Part shown: positions 37,462-48,234 of the stretch, piece by piece
How positions within the stretch are numbered: the first letter of the stretch is position 1
How the letters are laid out: every line of letters begins with the position of its first letter
Source: Escherichia coli
GTDB taxonomy: Bacteria; Pseudomonadota; Gammaproteobacteria; Enterobacterales; Enterobacteriaceae
Assembly (NCBI RefSeq): GCF_003334765.1
Contig: NZ_QOWT01000011.1
Reading direction: 5' to 3' (one strand)
Length of the DNA: 64,000 nucleotides
Position numbers and translations under genes: made by a program
The notes under the pieces: generated by a model
What the model saw: the letters and a program-made list of their open reading frames with translations, nothing else
What the model was told of the DNA's origin: nothing
Database searches by the model: none

Positions 37462-39798
37462 ATGAAGCAAATTCGTCTGCTGGCGCAGTATTATGTTGAC
37501 CTGATGATGAAGTTAGGTCTGGTGCGCTTCTCAATGTTGCTGGCGCTGGCCCTCGTCGTTCTTGCCATTGTGGTACAAATGGCGGTAACCATGGTGCTGC
37601 ATGGTCAGGTCGAAAGCATTGATGTTATTCGTTCTATCTTCTTTGGTTTGCTGATTACGCCGTGGGCGGTCTACTTTCTATCGGTGGTCGTCGAGCAACT
37701 GGAGGAGTCACGACAACGTCTGTCACGGCTGGTGCAAAAACTGGAGGAGATGCGCGAGCGCGATTTGAGCCTCAACGTTCAGTTAAAAGATAATATTGCC
37801 CAGCTAAATCAGGAAATTGCCGTTCGTGAAAAAGCGGAAGCAGAACTGCAGGAAACCTTCGGCCAACTGAAAATTGAAATCAAAGAGCGCGAAGAGACAC
37901 AAATTCAGCTCGAGCAGCAATCCTCATTCTTACGTTCCTTCCTTGATGCTTCACCCGACCTGGTTTTTTATCGTAACGAAGATAAAGAGTTTTCCGGCTG
38001 TAACCGCGCGATGGAGCTGCTGACCGGAAAAAGCGAAAAACAACTGGTTCACCTGAAACCTGCTGATGTTTACTCACCGGAAGCCGCCGCAAAAGTCATT
38101 GAAACCGATGAAAAAGTGTTCCGTCATAATGTGTCACTGACCTATGAACAGTGGCTGGATTACCCGGATGGGCGCAAAGCCTGCTTTGAAATCCGTAAAG
38201 TGCCGTACTACGACCGCGTGGGTAAACGTCACGGTTTGATGGGCTTTGGTCGCGACATTACCGAGCGTAAGCGGTATCAGGATGCGCTTGAACGGGCCAG
38301 CCGCGACAAAACGACGTTTATCTCCACCATCAGTCACGAATTGCGTACACCGCTGAACGGTATCGTCGGTCTGAGCCGCATTCTGCTGGATACCGAACTC
38401 ACCGCCGAGCAGGAAAAATATCTCAAGACCATCCATGTTTCGGCCGTCACGCTGGGGAATATCTTTAACGATATTATCGACATGGATAAGATGGAACGGC
38501 GCAAGGTCCAGCTTGATAATCAACCGGTTGATTTCACCAGCTTCCTTGCCGATCTGGAAAATCTCTCCGCATTGCAGGCGCAACAAAAAGGATTGCGCTT
38601 TAACCTGGAGCCGACGCTGCCATTACCGCATCAGGTCATTACCGACGGGACGCGTTTACGGCAGATCCTGTGGAACCTCATCAGTAACGCCGTCAAATTC
38701 ACCCAGCAAGGCCAGGTTACCGTGCGCGTGCGCTACGATGAAGGCGATATGCTGCATTTTGAAGTGGAAGACTCTGGTATCGGCATTCCGCAGGATGAGC
38801 TGGATAAAATTTTCGCCATGTATTACCAGGTGAAAGACAGTCATGGCGGTAAACCTGCCACCGGCACCGGTATTGGTCTGGCCGTTTCTCGTCGTCTGGC
38901 GAAAAATATGGGCGGCGATATTACGGTTACCAGCGAACAGGGCAAAGGTTCAACCTTTACGTTGACGATCCACGCACCGTCGGTAGCAGAAGAGGTCGAT
39001 GATGCGTTTGATGAAGACGATATGCCTTTACCGGCGCTGAATGTGCTGCTGGTGGAAGACATTGAACTGAACGTGATTGTTGCGCGTTCTGTGCTGGAAA
39101 AATTAGGTAACAGCGTTGATGTCGCCATGACCGGCAAGGCGGCGCTGGAGATGTTTAAACCGGGCGAATACGACCTGGTGTTGCTGGATATTCAGTTGCC
39201 AGATATGACCGGGCTGGATATCTCTCGTGAACTGACGAAACGTTATCCGCGCGAGGATTTACCGCCGCTGGTGGCCTTAACCGCTAACGTGCTGAAAGAC
39301 AAACAAGAGTACCTCAATGCTGGAATGGATGATGTGCTGAGTAAGCCGCTTTCTGTTCCGGCGCTAACCGCGATGATCAAGAAATTCTGGGATACCCAGG
39401 ATGATGAGGAGAGTACGATGACGACAGAAGAGAACAGTAAATCAGAAGCATTGCTCGATATTCCCATGCTGGAACAGTATCTCGAACTTGTAGGACCGAA
39501 GCTGATCACCGACGGGTTAGCGGTGTTTGAGAAGATGATGCCGGGCTATGTCAGCGTGCTGGAGTCGAATCTGACGGCGCAGGATAAAAAAGGCATTGTT
39601 GAGGAAGGACATAAAATTAAAGGTGCGGCGGGGTCAGTGGGGTTACGCCATCTGCAACAGCTGGGTCAGCAAATTCAGTCTCCTGACCTTCCGGCCTGGG
39701 AAGATAACGTCGGTGAATGGATTGAAGAGATGAAAGAAGAGTGGCGTCACGACGTAGAAGTGCTGAAAGCGTGGGTGGCAAAAGCCACTAAAAAATGA
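37462..39798 (+). CDS. arcB: Aerobic respiration control sensor histidine kinase ArcB
   Basis: 778 aa ORF with transmembrane, PAS, HisKA (ISHELRTPLN), receiver and HPt regions. Confidence 0.95.
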   Translation: MKQIRLLAQYYVDLMMKLGLVRFSMLLALALVVLAIVVQMAVTMVLHGQVESIDVIRSIFFGLLITPWAVYFLSVVVEQLEESRQRLSRLVQKLEEMRERDLSLNVQLKDNIAQLNQEIAVREKAEAELQETFGQLKIEIKEREETQIQLEQQSSFLRSFLDASPDLVFYRNEDKEFSGCNRAMELLTGKSEKQLVHLKPADVYSPEAAAKVIETDEKVFRHNVSLTYEQWLDYPDGRKACFEIRKVPYYDRVGKRHGLMGFGRDITERKRYQDALERASRDKTTFISTISHELRTPLNGIVGLSRILLDTELTAEQEKYLKTIHVSAVTLGNIFNDIIDMDKMERRKVQLDNQPVDFTSFLADLENLSALQAQQKGLRFNLEPTLPLPHQVITDGTRLRQILWNLISNAVKFTQQGQVTVRVRYDEGDMLHFEVEDSGIGIPQDELDKIFAMYYQVKDSHGGKPATGTGIGLAVSRRLAKNMGGDITVTSEQGKGSTFTLTIHAPSVAEEVDDAFDEDDMPLPALNVLLVEDIELNVIVARSVLEKLGNSVDVAMTGKAALEMFKPGEYDLVLLDIQLPDMTGLDISRELTKRYPREDLPPLVALTANVLKDKQEYLNAGMDDVLSKPLSVPALTAMIKKFWDTQDDEESTMTTEENSKSEALLDIPMLEQYLELVGPKLITDGLAVFEKMMPGYVSVLESNLTAQDKKGIVEEGHKIKGAAGSVGLRHLQQLGQQIQSPDLPAWEDNVGEWIEEMKEEWRHDVEVLKAWVAKATKK

Positions 39799-39910
39799 CC
39801 CCGGCTAGACCGGGGTGCGCGAATACTGCGCCAACACCAGGGAAATCTTGGCTGCGCCGTAAATTATTATGATGAGTTACAAGGGCACAGCACTGTTTTT
39901 CAGGCCGCAC
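39790..39910 (-). ncRNA. arcZ: Hfq-dependent small RNA ArcZ (SraH/RyhA), convergent with arcB
   Basis: The reverse complement of 39790-39910 matches my recollection of the 121 nt ArcZ sequence (5' GUGCGGCCUGAAAAACAGUGCUG ... CCCCGGUCUAGCCGGGGUCAUUUUUU 3'); its terminator hairpin and U-tract overlap the arcB stop codon at 39796-39798. Confidence 0.85.
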
Positions 39911-40027
39911 GCAGTTAAGATAGCAAAACTTAAATGATTTGTTACATGAATCAGTTAAATGTGTGATGCGTACCATTTTTATTAAAAAAATTAATGTGTT
40001 TCAGTCAATTGCGAAAGGATGATCACA

Positions 40028-40681
40028 ATGAAGAAAATTGGCGTAATTCTGAGCGGATGCGGCGTCTATGACGGTTCTGAAATTCATGAAGCGGTGTTGA
40101 CGTTGTTAGCTATTTCACGCAGCGGTGCGCAGGCGGTCTGCTTTGCACCGGATAAGCAGCAGGTTGATGTTATCAACCATTTAACTGGCGAAGCGATGAC
40201 GGAAACGCGCAATGTGCTGATTGAAGCGGCACGAATAACGCGCGGTGAAATCCGTCCTCTGGCCCAGGCCGATGCCGCTGAACTGGATGCGTTGATTGTG
40301 CCGGGGGGGTTTGGCGCGGCGAAGAATTTAAGCAATTTTGCCAGTCTTGGTAGCGAATGCACCGTTGACCGTGAATTAAAGGCGCTGGCACAAGCGATGC
40401 ATCAGGCCGGAAAACCGCTTGGTTTTATGTGTATTGCCCCGGCGATGCTGCCGAAAATTTTCGATTTCCCGCTGCGTTTGACCATCGGTACTGATATCGA
40501 TACCGCAGAAGTGCTGGAAGAGATGGGCGCGGAGCATGTGCCGTGTCCTGTCGATGATATCGTGGTTGATGAAGACAATAAGATTGTCACCACCCCAGCA
40601 TATATGCTGGCGCAGAACATTGCAGAAGCGGCGAGCGGCATTGATAAGCTGGTTTCCCGCGTGCTGGTTCTGGCTGAATGA
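40028..40681 (+). CDS. elbB: DJ-1/PfpI-family protein ElbB (YhbL)
   Basis: 217 aa from [21 protein letters not shown]. Confidence 0.85.
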   Translation: MKKIGVILSGCGVYDGSEIHEAVLTLLAISRSGAQAVCFAPDKQQVDVINHLTGEAMTETRNVLIEAARITRGEIRPLAQADAAELDALIVPGGFGAAKNLSNFASLGSECTVDRELKALAQAMHQAGKPLGFMCIAPAMLPKIFDFPLRLTIGTDIDTAEVLEEMGAEHVPCPVDDIVVDEDNKIVTTPAYMLAQNIAEAASGIDKLVSRVLVLAE

Positions 40682-41406
40682 GTAAAAGCCGCTTAACGGT
40701 GTTTAGTTTCGTTCGCCGTTTTCTTTTGCGGTTAATGGTTGTCCTCGCCGTTTTCTGGGGCGGGGGCATCGCGTTGTTTAGCGTTGCGCCTGTTCCCTTC
40801 TCAGCGGTAATGGTCGAGCGACAGGTCAGCGCCTGGCTGCATGGCAATTTTCGTTACGTGGCACATTCTGACTGGGTCAGTATGGATCAAATCTCGCCGT
40901 GGATGGGACTGGCGGTGATTGCCGCAGAAGATCAGAAATTTCCTGAGCACTGGGGCTTTGATGTCGCTTCCATTGAGAAAGCCCTGGCGCACAACGAGCG
41001 CAATGAAAACCGTATTCGCGGTGCTTCAACGATTTCTCAACAGACAGCCAAAAATCTCTTTTTATGGGATGGGCGTAGCTGGGTTCGAAAAGGGCTGGAA
41101 GCCGGATTAACGCTGGGGATAGAAACGGTCTGGAGCAAAAAGCGTATCCTGACGGTTTACCTGAATATCGCCGAATTTGGCGACGGTGTGTTTGGCGTCG
41201 AAGCTGCGGCACAACGTTATTTCCACAAACCCGCGAGCAAACTTACCCGGTCGGAAGCTGCATTACTGGCAGCTGTATTACCTAATCCACTTCGTTTCAA
41301 AGTCTCCTCGCCATCGGGCTACGTGCGTAGCCGTCAGGCGTGGATTTTACGGCAGATGTATCAGTTAGGCGGTGAGCCGTTTATGCAACAACACCAGCTG
41401 GATTAA
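40678..41406 (+). CDS. mtgA: Monofunctional biosynthetic peptidoglycan transglycosylase
   Basis: 242 aa ORF with the GT51 motif (EDQKF...[11 protein letters not shown]); 4 bp overlap with elbB. Confidence 0.9.
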   Translation: MSKSRLTVFSFVRRFLLRLMVVLAVFWGGGIALFSVAPVPFSAVMVERQVSAWLHGNFRYVAHSDWVSMDQISPWMGLAVIAAEDQKFPEHWGFDVASIEKALAHNERNENRIRGASTISQQTAKNLFLWDGRSWVRKGLEAGLTLGIETVWSKKRILTVYLNIAEFGDGVFGVEAAAQRYFHKPASKLTRSEAALLAAVLPNPLRFKVSSPSGYVRSRQAWILRQMYQLGGEPFMQQHQLD

Positions 41407-42035
41407 GCTTCGCGCGAAGTGAGGGCCAGCGTTTTGCTCTCACGAGGTTGCAGATCTTTCTGCAGGGCAATAGCCAGCGCCGGTTGGGCGATAAATCGTT
41501 TCCATAACCGCTCTTGCTTACGCAGACAACACCACTTCGACCAGGTCGCCAGTGGAATCAATGTGCTTTCACCAATGTTGTCGCAGACGACCGGGATAAC
41601 CTCTGACTCACTGATGCGGTGACAGAGGATATTCTGCGGCTTCAGCGACATCGTCACGATACGGTTATCCTGCAAATAACGCTTCAGCTGTTTCAGTAGC
41701 TGGCGCAGTTGTGCAATGTCTTCTTCGTAACGGCATTGTTCAGCAAATTCGGTCAGCGTAATGGAAGGCTTGCCGTCAAAATCTGCAATCACATCGTAGA
41801 CATAACCGGTTCCGCAATCCGTCTCAACGGTACCGTGATAGCGCGGTATTCCACTCCAGTCTTTTAACCGGCGACCAAGATGCGCGTAGTACTTTAACTC
41901 ACGGCGGATCTCTTTATCGCCACCATCGCCACGATGGTAGACAATCTTGATACAGCGTTGGGCATCTTCCGGATGCGCATAACATTTCCGATGTCTTCCG
42001 GTGCCCAGGGGACTTTGTTCAGATAAGCGAATCAT
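41403..42035 (-). CDS. yrbL: Uncharacterised protein YrbL
   Basis: 210 aa from [24 protein letters not shown]; convergent with mtgA with a 4 bp overlap. Confidence 0.8.
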   Translation of the reverse strand: MIRLSEQSPLGTGRHRKCYAHPEDAQRCIKIVYHRGDGGDKEIRRELKYYAHLGRRLKDWSGIPRYHGTVETDCGTGYVYDVIADFDGKPSITLTEFAEQCRYEEDIAQLRQLLKQLKRYLQDNRIVTMSLKPQNILCHRISESEVIPVVCDNIGESTLIPLATWSKWCCLRKQERLWKRFIAQPALAIALQKDLQPRESKTLALTSREA

Positions 42036-42248
42036 GCCATCTCCTGGAAATATTTTCTGACGATCTCCAGTATGGTCGATTAACTTAAACAAAACCTAAA
42101 CAATGCCTCTTAAGGTTTTCTTAAGGTTCTTCTGAAAGTGAAAAGCGCACAAAATGTACAAATGACGTTGATTGAGAACGATTTCAGTACGTGATTTTCT
42201 TATTGTCGGGGGGAGTTTGAAGGGAGTTGTATGTCAAAGTGATGAAGA

Positions 42249-42521
42249 TTAATCTTCATCAAAACCAGAATTAAAGAGGGCGATAACGGCGGCCAGTGCT
42301 TCCTCTTCCTGTGGACCGGTCGCTTCAACTTCAATCTGCCGTCCTTTGGCAGAATCCAACATCAGCAGCGCAATAACGCTGTTGGCTTCAGCCTCGGTGC
42401 CTTCGTCATTACGTAAGAGCACTTCAGCGTCAAAACCCTGCATTAATTCAAACAGCTTCATTGCAGGCCGGGCATGCATGCCCAGCTTGTTTGTGATTTC
42501 AACAGTTTGCTTGACGGTCAT
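42249..42521 (-). CDS. ptsO: Nitrogen-PTS phosphocarrier protein NPr
   Basis: 90 aa HPr-like ORF ([20 protein letters not shown]...). Confidence 0.9.
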
Positions 42522-43372
42522 GGTTTACGTTTTTCCAGCGTACGATGGCGTGACTGGACGTTTTTACCGCGCGAGCGGAAGTAGTCTGCCAGTTGCTCTG
42601 CAATATACACCGAACGGTGCTTCCCGCCGGTACAACCAATGGCGACCGTCAAGTAGCTACGGTTGTTGGTTTCCAGCATAGGTAACCATAGCTCAAGATA
42701 GCTTCGCGTCTGGTAGATAAAATTGTGTACTTCTGTGTGGCGGTCGAGGAACGCGGCGACAGGTTTATCAAGACCTGTCATTGGACGCAGTTTCGGATCC
42801 CAGTGCGGGTTCGGCAAGAAGCGCACGTCAAAGACGTAATCTGCATCGATAGGGATACCGTGTTTGAAGCCGAAAGACTCAAAGACCATGGTCAGTTCGC
42901 GTTCACGTTTACCCAGCAGACGGGTACGCAGCATTTCAGCCAGCTCGTGAACGGACATTTCTGAGGTATCGACAATCAGATCCGCTCGCGAACGCAGAGG
43001 CTCCAGCAAATCGCTTTCTTTGTCGATAGCACTTTCCAGCGACAGGTTTTTGCTGGAAAGCGGATGCAGTCGGCGCGTGTCACTGTAACGACGAATTAAG
43101 GTATTACGGTCGGCATCCAGGAACAGGAGTTGCGGTGAGAAAGCGTCAGGCAGGTTACTCATCGCCTGTTCGAATATTTCTGGTGACTCCGGCATATTAC
43201 GAACATCAATGCTGACGGCGGCAGAAATCTCGCGATCGGCCAGGGTTCGAGCCAGATCGGGTAACAACACTACGGGAAGGTTATCCACGCAGTAAAAACC
43301 CATATCTTCCAGCGCACGCAGGGCGACAGATTTACCTGAACCTGAACGTCCGCTGACGATCATCAGTACCAT
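42518..43372 (-). CDS. rapZ: RNase adaptor protein RapZ (YhbJ)
   Basis: 284 aa ORF with a Walker A motif (GRSGSGKS); 4 bp overlap with npr. Confidence 0.9.
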
Positions 43373-43417
43373 GTACTGTTTCTCCTCACAACGTCTAAAA
43401 GAGACATTACCGAATAA

Positions 43418-43909
43418 CTACGCTTCATCCGGAGTACCTTCGGTATCCGTAATGATTTGATACAGCTCTTCATCGCTCTGGGCTGCGCGTAAACGGCGGC
43501 AGATGGTTTTGTCCGCCAGACGTTTCGCCACCAGCGACAGAGTATGCAGGTGCGTTTTAGTTTGGTCTGCCGGCACCAGCAGGGCAAAAAGTAAGTCCAC
43601 CGGTTGGTTGTCGATGGCATCGAAAGCTATAGGCGTTTCGAGCTGAACGAAAACGCCAACGGCGCGCAGAGTATCTTCTTCCAGTTTGCCATGCGGAATG
43701 GCAATACCATTGCCGATACCGGTACTGCCCATTTTTTCCCGCGTCAGGATAGCTTCAAAAACCACCTGAGGCGGCAGGCTAAGTTGTTTCGCCGCCAGCT
43801 CGCTGATGATTTCCAGGGCGCGTTTTTTGCTCTGACAGTGGACGCGGCTTCGCGTACATTCCCTGTTAAGAACACTGCTAAGCTGTAGAGTTGTATCATT
43901 ATTTGTCAT
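43418..43909 (-). CDS. ptsN: Nitrogen-PTS enzyme IIA (PtsN)
   Basis: 163 aa from MTNNDTTLQLSSVL. Confidence 0.9.
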   Translation of the reverse strand: MTNNDTTLQLSSVLNRECTRSRVHCQSKKRALEIISELAAKQLSLPPQVVFEAILTREKMGSTGIGNGIAIPHGKLEEDTLRAVGVFVQLETPIAFDAIDNQPVDLLFALLVPADQTKTHLHTLSLVAKRLADKTICRRLRAAQSDEELYQIITDTEGTPDEA

Positions 43910-44026
43910 AATTTCACCTAAGAACCTGCCCACTCAAACAGTGGAACAGGCTCGGAGCATTAACCGTACAAATGGCCCGTTGTGCCGCACAACAGACCGC
44001 CATGCACATGCTAATTGCCCGGACAA

Positions 44027-44314
44027 TTAGTGTTGTTTCAGTTTATCTTTATGTTTGGTCAACTGGCGTGTCAGCTTATCAATTAAGCCATCAATGGCAG
44101 CGTACATGTCCTGACCTTCCGCGCTGGCATGAATTTCACCACCGTTTACATGCAGTGTTGCATCTGAGGTGTGGGTGACTTTCTCCACTTTCAGAACAAC
44201 ATAGACCTGGTTGATTCGGTCAAAATATTGCTCAAGTTTGGCAAATTTGGCTGTAACAAATTCGCGCAGTGCCTCGGTGATCTCGACGTTATTTCCGGTA
44301 ATGTTGAGCTGCAT
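44027..44314 (-). CDS. hpf: Ribosome hibernation promoting factor
   Basis: 95 aa from MQLNITGNNVEITEALREFV. Confidence 0.9.
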   Translation of the reverse strand: MQLNITGNNVEITEALREFVTAKFAKLEQYFDRINQVYVVLKVEKVTHTSDATLHVNGGEIHASAEGQDMYAAIDGLIDKLTRQLTKHKDKLKQH

Positions 44315-44336
44315 AGTGTCTTCCTTATCGGTTGGG

Positions 44337-45770
44337 TCAAACGAGTTGTTTACGCTGGTTTGACGGCGGAATGGATAAAGACTCTCGGTACTTCGCAACA
44401 GTGCGGCGTGCCACCATGATACCTTGTTCCGACAGCAAAGAGGTTAACTTGCTGTCGCTCAACGGTTTCGCTGGGTTTTCCGCCGCGATTAATTTCTTCA
44501 CCAGCGCACGAATCGCCGTGGAGGAAGCTTCGCCGCCGCCCTCGGTATTGACGTGACTGGAAAAGAAATACTTCAGTTCAAAAATGCCTCGTGGACTATG
44601 CAGGTATTTTTGCGTGGTCACGCGAGATATCGTCGATTCATGCATTTCGACAGCCTGGGCGATATCGGCCAGTACCATCGGTTTCATATATTCTTCACCT
44701 TGCTCAAAGAAGGCTTGCTGCTGTTCAACGATACAGCGACTCACGCGCAGTAGCGTATCGTTACGGCTTTCCAGACTCTTGATCAACCATTTGGCATCCT
44801 GCAGATTGCTGCGGATAAACTGGCTGTCACCATCGTTGCGCGCGTTATTGCACATCGAGGCGTAGTGCTGGTTGATTTGCAGACGCGGAATGCTGTCACT
44901 GTTGAGTTCTACCGTCCAGTGACCGTTATGCTTACGCACCAGCACATCTGGAATGACATACTCAGGTTCGCCAGTCTGGATCGACTGCCCGGGGCGCGGA
45001 TCGAGCGACTGGATCAGATTGACGGCTTCTTTCAGCACATCTTCTTTCAGACGCGTGACGCGCATTAAAGTGCGGAAGTCGTGATTGGCTAACAGATCGA
45101 GATGATCGCTAATGATCAGTCTGGCCTCTTCCAGCCACGGCGTGGTCTTATCGAATTGGGAGAGTTGGATCAGCAGACAGTCACGCAGATCTTTTGCCGC
45201 CACACCGACCGGATCAAACCGTTGGATCCGCTTAAGGACGGCTTCAACTTCGTCGATGTCGATCTCTTCATCGCCTATACTTTCGAGAATATCTTCCAGC
45301 GGGACAGTCAGATAACCGGTTTCATCAACGGCATCGACGATAGAGGTAGCAATAGCGCGGTCAGTGTCGGAAAACGGTGTCAGCTCAACCTGCCACATCA
45401 GGTAATCCTGCAAGGTCTGCGTCGTTTCGCCCTGGTAGACCGGCAGCTCGTCGTCAATGTAGTCACCGCTGGTGCCGGATGGTGTACCAGCGGTGTAAAT
45501 GGTGTCCCAACTGGCATCGAGCGGCAGCTCTTCCGGCATCTCTTTTTGTTCGAGCGCGTCGGCGGTGTCCAGCGTTTCACTGTCTTGCGTTTCGCGGGTG
45601 TCGATTTCTTCATGAGTGTCGATTTGCTCAAGCAGCGGATTACTCTCCAGCGCCTGCTGTAGCTCCTGCTGAAGTTCCAGCGTCGACAACTGCAACAGAC
45701 GAATTGCCTGTTGGAGCTGTGGCGTCATCGCCAGTTGTTGGCTAAGCCTGAGTTGCAAACCTTGCTTCAT
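44337..45770 (-). CDS. rpoN: RNA polymerase sigma-54 factor
   Basis: 477 aa ORF with a Gln-rich N-terminus and the RpoN box ([10 protein letters not shown]) near the C-terminus. Confidence 0.95.
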   Translation of the reverse strand: MKQGLQLRLSQQLAMTPQLQQAIRLLQLSTLELQQELQQALESNPLLEQIDTHEEIDTRETQDSETLDTADALEQKEMPEELPLDASWDTIYTAGTPSGTSGDYIDDELPVYQGETTQTLQDYLMWQVELTPFSDTDRAIATSIVDAVDETGYLTVPLEDILESIGDEEIDIDEVEAVLKRIQRFDPVGVAAKDLRDCLLIQLSQFDKTTPWLEEARLIISDHLDLLANHDFRTLMRVTRLKEDVLKEAVNLIQSLDPRPGQSIQTGEPEYVIPDVLVRKHNGHWTVELNSDSIPRLQINQHYASMCNNARNDGDSQFIRSNLQDAKWLIKSLESRNDTLLRVSRCIVEQQQAFFEQGEEYMKPMVLADIAQAVEMHESTISRVTTQKYLHSPRGIFELKYFFSSHVNTEGGGEASSTAIRALVKKLIAAENPAKPLSDSKLTSLLSEQGIMVARRTVAKYRESLSIPPSNQRKQLV

Positions 45771-45817
45771 GTTCAGAATCGTACTCTCCTGCTAAAACGT
45801 CGCAAACTTCTACCCTA

Positions 45818-46543
45818 TCAGAGTCTGAAGTCTTCCCCAAGGTATACACGCTTAACGTGTTCGTCTTGTAAGATTTCTGTAGGCGTGCCGTGGGCGATCA
45901 AATGCCCCTGACTGACGATATAAGCGCGTTCACAAACCGCCAGTGTTTCACGCACGTTGTGGTCAGTGATCAGCACGCCCAGGCCGCTGTCGCGCAGGTG
46001 CTCAATGATGCGTTTAATGTCGATAACCGAGATCGGGTCAACCCCGGCAAACGGTTCGTCGAGCAGAATAAATTTCGGATTCGCAGCCAGTGCGCGGGCA
46101 ATTTCTACACGGCGACGTTCACCCCCGGAGAGTGACTGCCCCATGCTGTCACGCAGGTGCTCAATGTGAAACTCTTCCATCAGCTCGTTCGCGCGGTCTT
46201 CACGTTGTTCAGCAGACAAGTCGTCACGAATTTGCAGTACCGCCATCAGGTTATCGTAAACGCTGAGGCGACGGAAAATGGAGGCTTCCTGTGGCAGATA
46301 GCCGATACCGCGGCGCGCGCGTGCATGCAGAGGCAGCAGACTGATATCGTCATCATCAATAATGATGTTGCCCGCATCGCGCGGCACAATGCCTACAACC
46401 ATGTAGAAAGTGGTGGTCTTACCGGCACCGTTTGGCCCCAGCAGACCGACAATTTCCCCGGAGTTGACGGTCAGGCTGACGTCTTCTACCACGCGACGGC
46501 CTTTATAGGCTTTTGCAAGGTTCTTTGCAGTTAATGTTGCCAT
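45818..46543 (-). CDS. lptB: LPS export ABC transporter ATP-binding protein LptB
   Basis: 241 aa ORF with Walker A (GPNGAGKTT) and ABC signature (LSGGERRR) motifs. Confidence 0.95.
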
Positions 46544-46549
46544 AACGAA

Positions 46550-47107
46550 TTAATTACCCTTCTTCTGTGCCGGGGTCTGGCCTTTGTTGTTTTTGTCCTG
46601 CAGCTGCGACGGCACCAGAACGGTTGTTACGCGCTTGCCTTTGTCGCTGAAAGCCTGCATTTTCTGCTCTTTCACCAGGTAAGTGATCTTATCGCCCTTA
46701 ATGTTGCTATCGACCTGCTGCAGATAAGCATTACCCGTCAGAACGACAAAATCTTTTGCCAGTTCGTAGTGCATCTGGGAAGCGTGACCTTCAACGGGTT
46801 TACCGTTGTCCTGCATCTGGTAGAACGTTGCCGGTTTACCGTAGCCGTCAATCACTTCTTTACCTTGTTCGCCGCCCGGACGGGTAACGACCACTTTGTC
46901 GGCATTAATTTTGATGGTGCCCTGGGTGACGATGACATTACCGGTAAAGGTAACCACGTTGCCTTGCATATCAAGAGATTGCTGGTCCGATTCAATGTGG
47001 ATCGGCTGATCAGTGTCTCCGGTTACGGCAAATGCCGGAATGCTGGCGGCCAGAAGTGAGCTGGCAAGCACAAGATTAAGGCTGAGTTTGTTTGTTTTGA
47101 ATTTCAT
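46550..47107 (-). CDS. lptA: Periplasmic LPS transport protein LptA
   Basis: 185 aa from MKFKTNKLSLNLVLASSLLAASIPAFA (signal peptide). Confidence 0.9.
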   Translation of the reverse strand: MKFKTNKLSLNLVLASSLLAASIPAFAVTGDTDQPIHIESDQQSLDMQGNVVTFTGNVIVTQGTIKINADKVVVTRPGGEQGKEVIDGYGKPATFYQMQDNGKPVEGHASQMHYELAKDFVVLTGNAYLQQVDSNIKGDKITYLVKEQKMQAFSDKGKRVTTVLVPSQLQDKNNKGQTPAQKKGN

Positions 47108-47651
47108 AGGATGTTCTAACCTTTTCAATCAGCTCGGCGTTCTTGCTGCGTAAGTTGCCGCGCATTTTCAGACCGCTGGAGTTAAATGTTGTTCCGTATA
47201 ACGTGACGAGGTCTTCAGAGGTAACATCCTGCGTCACCAGATTGATCTGCGCGTTATCCGTCGTGATTCTGCGAAGTTGAGAGTCTGGCACAAGTGCGTT
47301 GACTTCAACGTGTCCATATAAATAGAGCATCCGGTCATTGGTCAGCTTGGCTTTATCTGCTTTTACGGACCATGTCGGGATTTTATCCTTATCAAACGTG
47401 GTAAGTACCGGCTGCGTAAACCACGAAACGGCCTGATCGGAATAATATTCAACGTGTTGAGCAATCAATCGATAGCTTAGTGCCCCTTCTGGGTTATAGA
47501 CGAGCGTGTCCGTATGCTCGCTTTTATAGGTGGGATCATTGTTGTTGACGACCACCTGGGCGGTATCGTCTTTTTCGGCCATATTAATGCCGATCATCAC
47601 CAGAACCGCCAGTGATAGCACAATGATAACCCAACGTCTGGCTTTACTCAT
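47076..47651 (-). CDS. lptC: Inner-membrane LPS transport protein LptC
   Basis: 191 aa ORF with an N-terminal membrane anchor; its 3' end overlaps the lptA start by about 32 bp. Confidence 0.9.
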   Translation of the reverse strand: MSKARRWVIIVLSLAVLVMIGINMAEKDDTAQVVVNNNDPTYKSEHTDTLVYNPEGALSYRLIAQHVEYYSDQAVSWFTQPVLTTFDKDKIPTWSVKADKAKLTNDRMLYLYGHVEVNALVPDSQLRRITTDNAQINLVTQDVTSEDLVTLYGTTFNSSGLKMRGNLRSKNAELIEKVRTSYEIQNKQTQP

Positions 47652-48214
47652 ATCGATTGCCCTTTGGCTTCATCCAGTTTGCCCTGCGCCAGGAGTAATA
47701 AGTCGCAAACTTCGCGCACTGCGCCACGACCGCCAGCAATGCGCGTCACGTAATCGGCGCGCGGGATCAACAGTGGATGCGCATCGGCCACGGCGACGCT
47801 TAAACCCACTTTTTCCATTACCGGCCAGTCGATGAGATCATCGCCGACATAAGCCACATTTTCCGGGGCAATCGCCAGTTTTTCCAGCAGATCGCTAAAG
47901 GCGATCAGTTTGTTTGACTGCCCCTGATACAAGTGAGTGATCCCCAATGTGGCACAACGATCTTCTACCAGTTTAGCCTTTCGCCCGGTAATGATAGCGA
48001 CTTCAATATCAGAGGTGAGCGCACAACGAATGCCATAACCGTCACGAACATTGAACGCTTTCAGCTCTTCGCCATTATTGCCCATATAAATCAGGCCATC
48101 TGACAGTACGCCATCGACATCGAGGATCAGCAGACGAATGTTCTCTGCTTTTGCTATAACGTCGGCGCTGACAGGGCCGTAACAGGTCGCAAGCGACGCA
48201 CCTGCTTTGCTCAT
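47648..48214 (-). CDS. kdsC: KDO-8-phosphate phosphatase
   Basis: 188 aa HAD-family ORF (DVDGVLSDG); 4 bp overlap with lptC. Confidence 0.9.
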   Translation of the reverse strand: MSKAGASLATCYGPVSADVIAKAENIRLLILDVDGVLSDGLIYMGNNGEELKAFNVRDGYGIRCALTSDIEVAIITGRKAKLVEDRCATLGITHLYQGQSNKLIAFSDLLEKLAIAPENVAYVGDDLIDWPVMEKVGLSVAVADAHPLLIPRADYVTRIAGGRGAVREVCDLLLLAQGKLDEAKGQSI

Positions 48215-48234
48215 TGTTGTTTATCCTTGAATCT

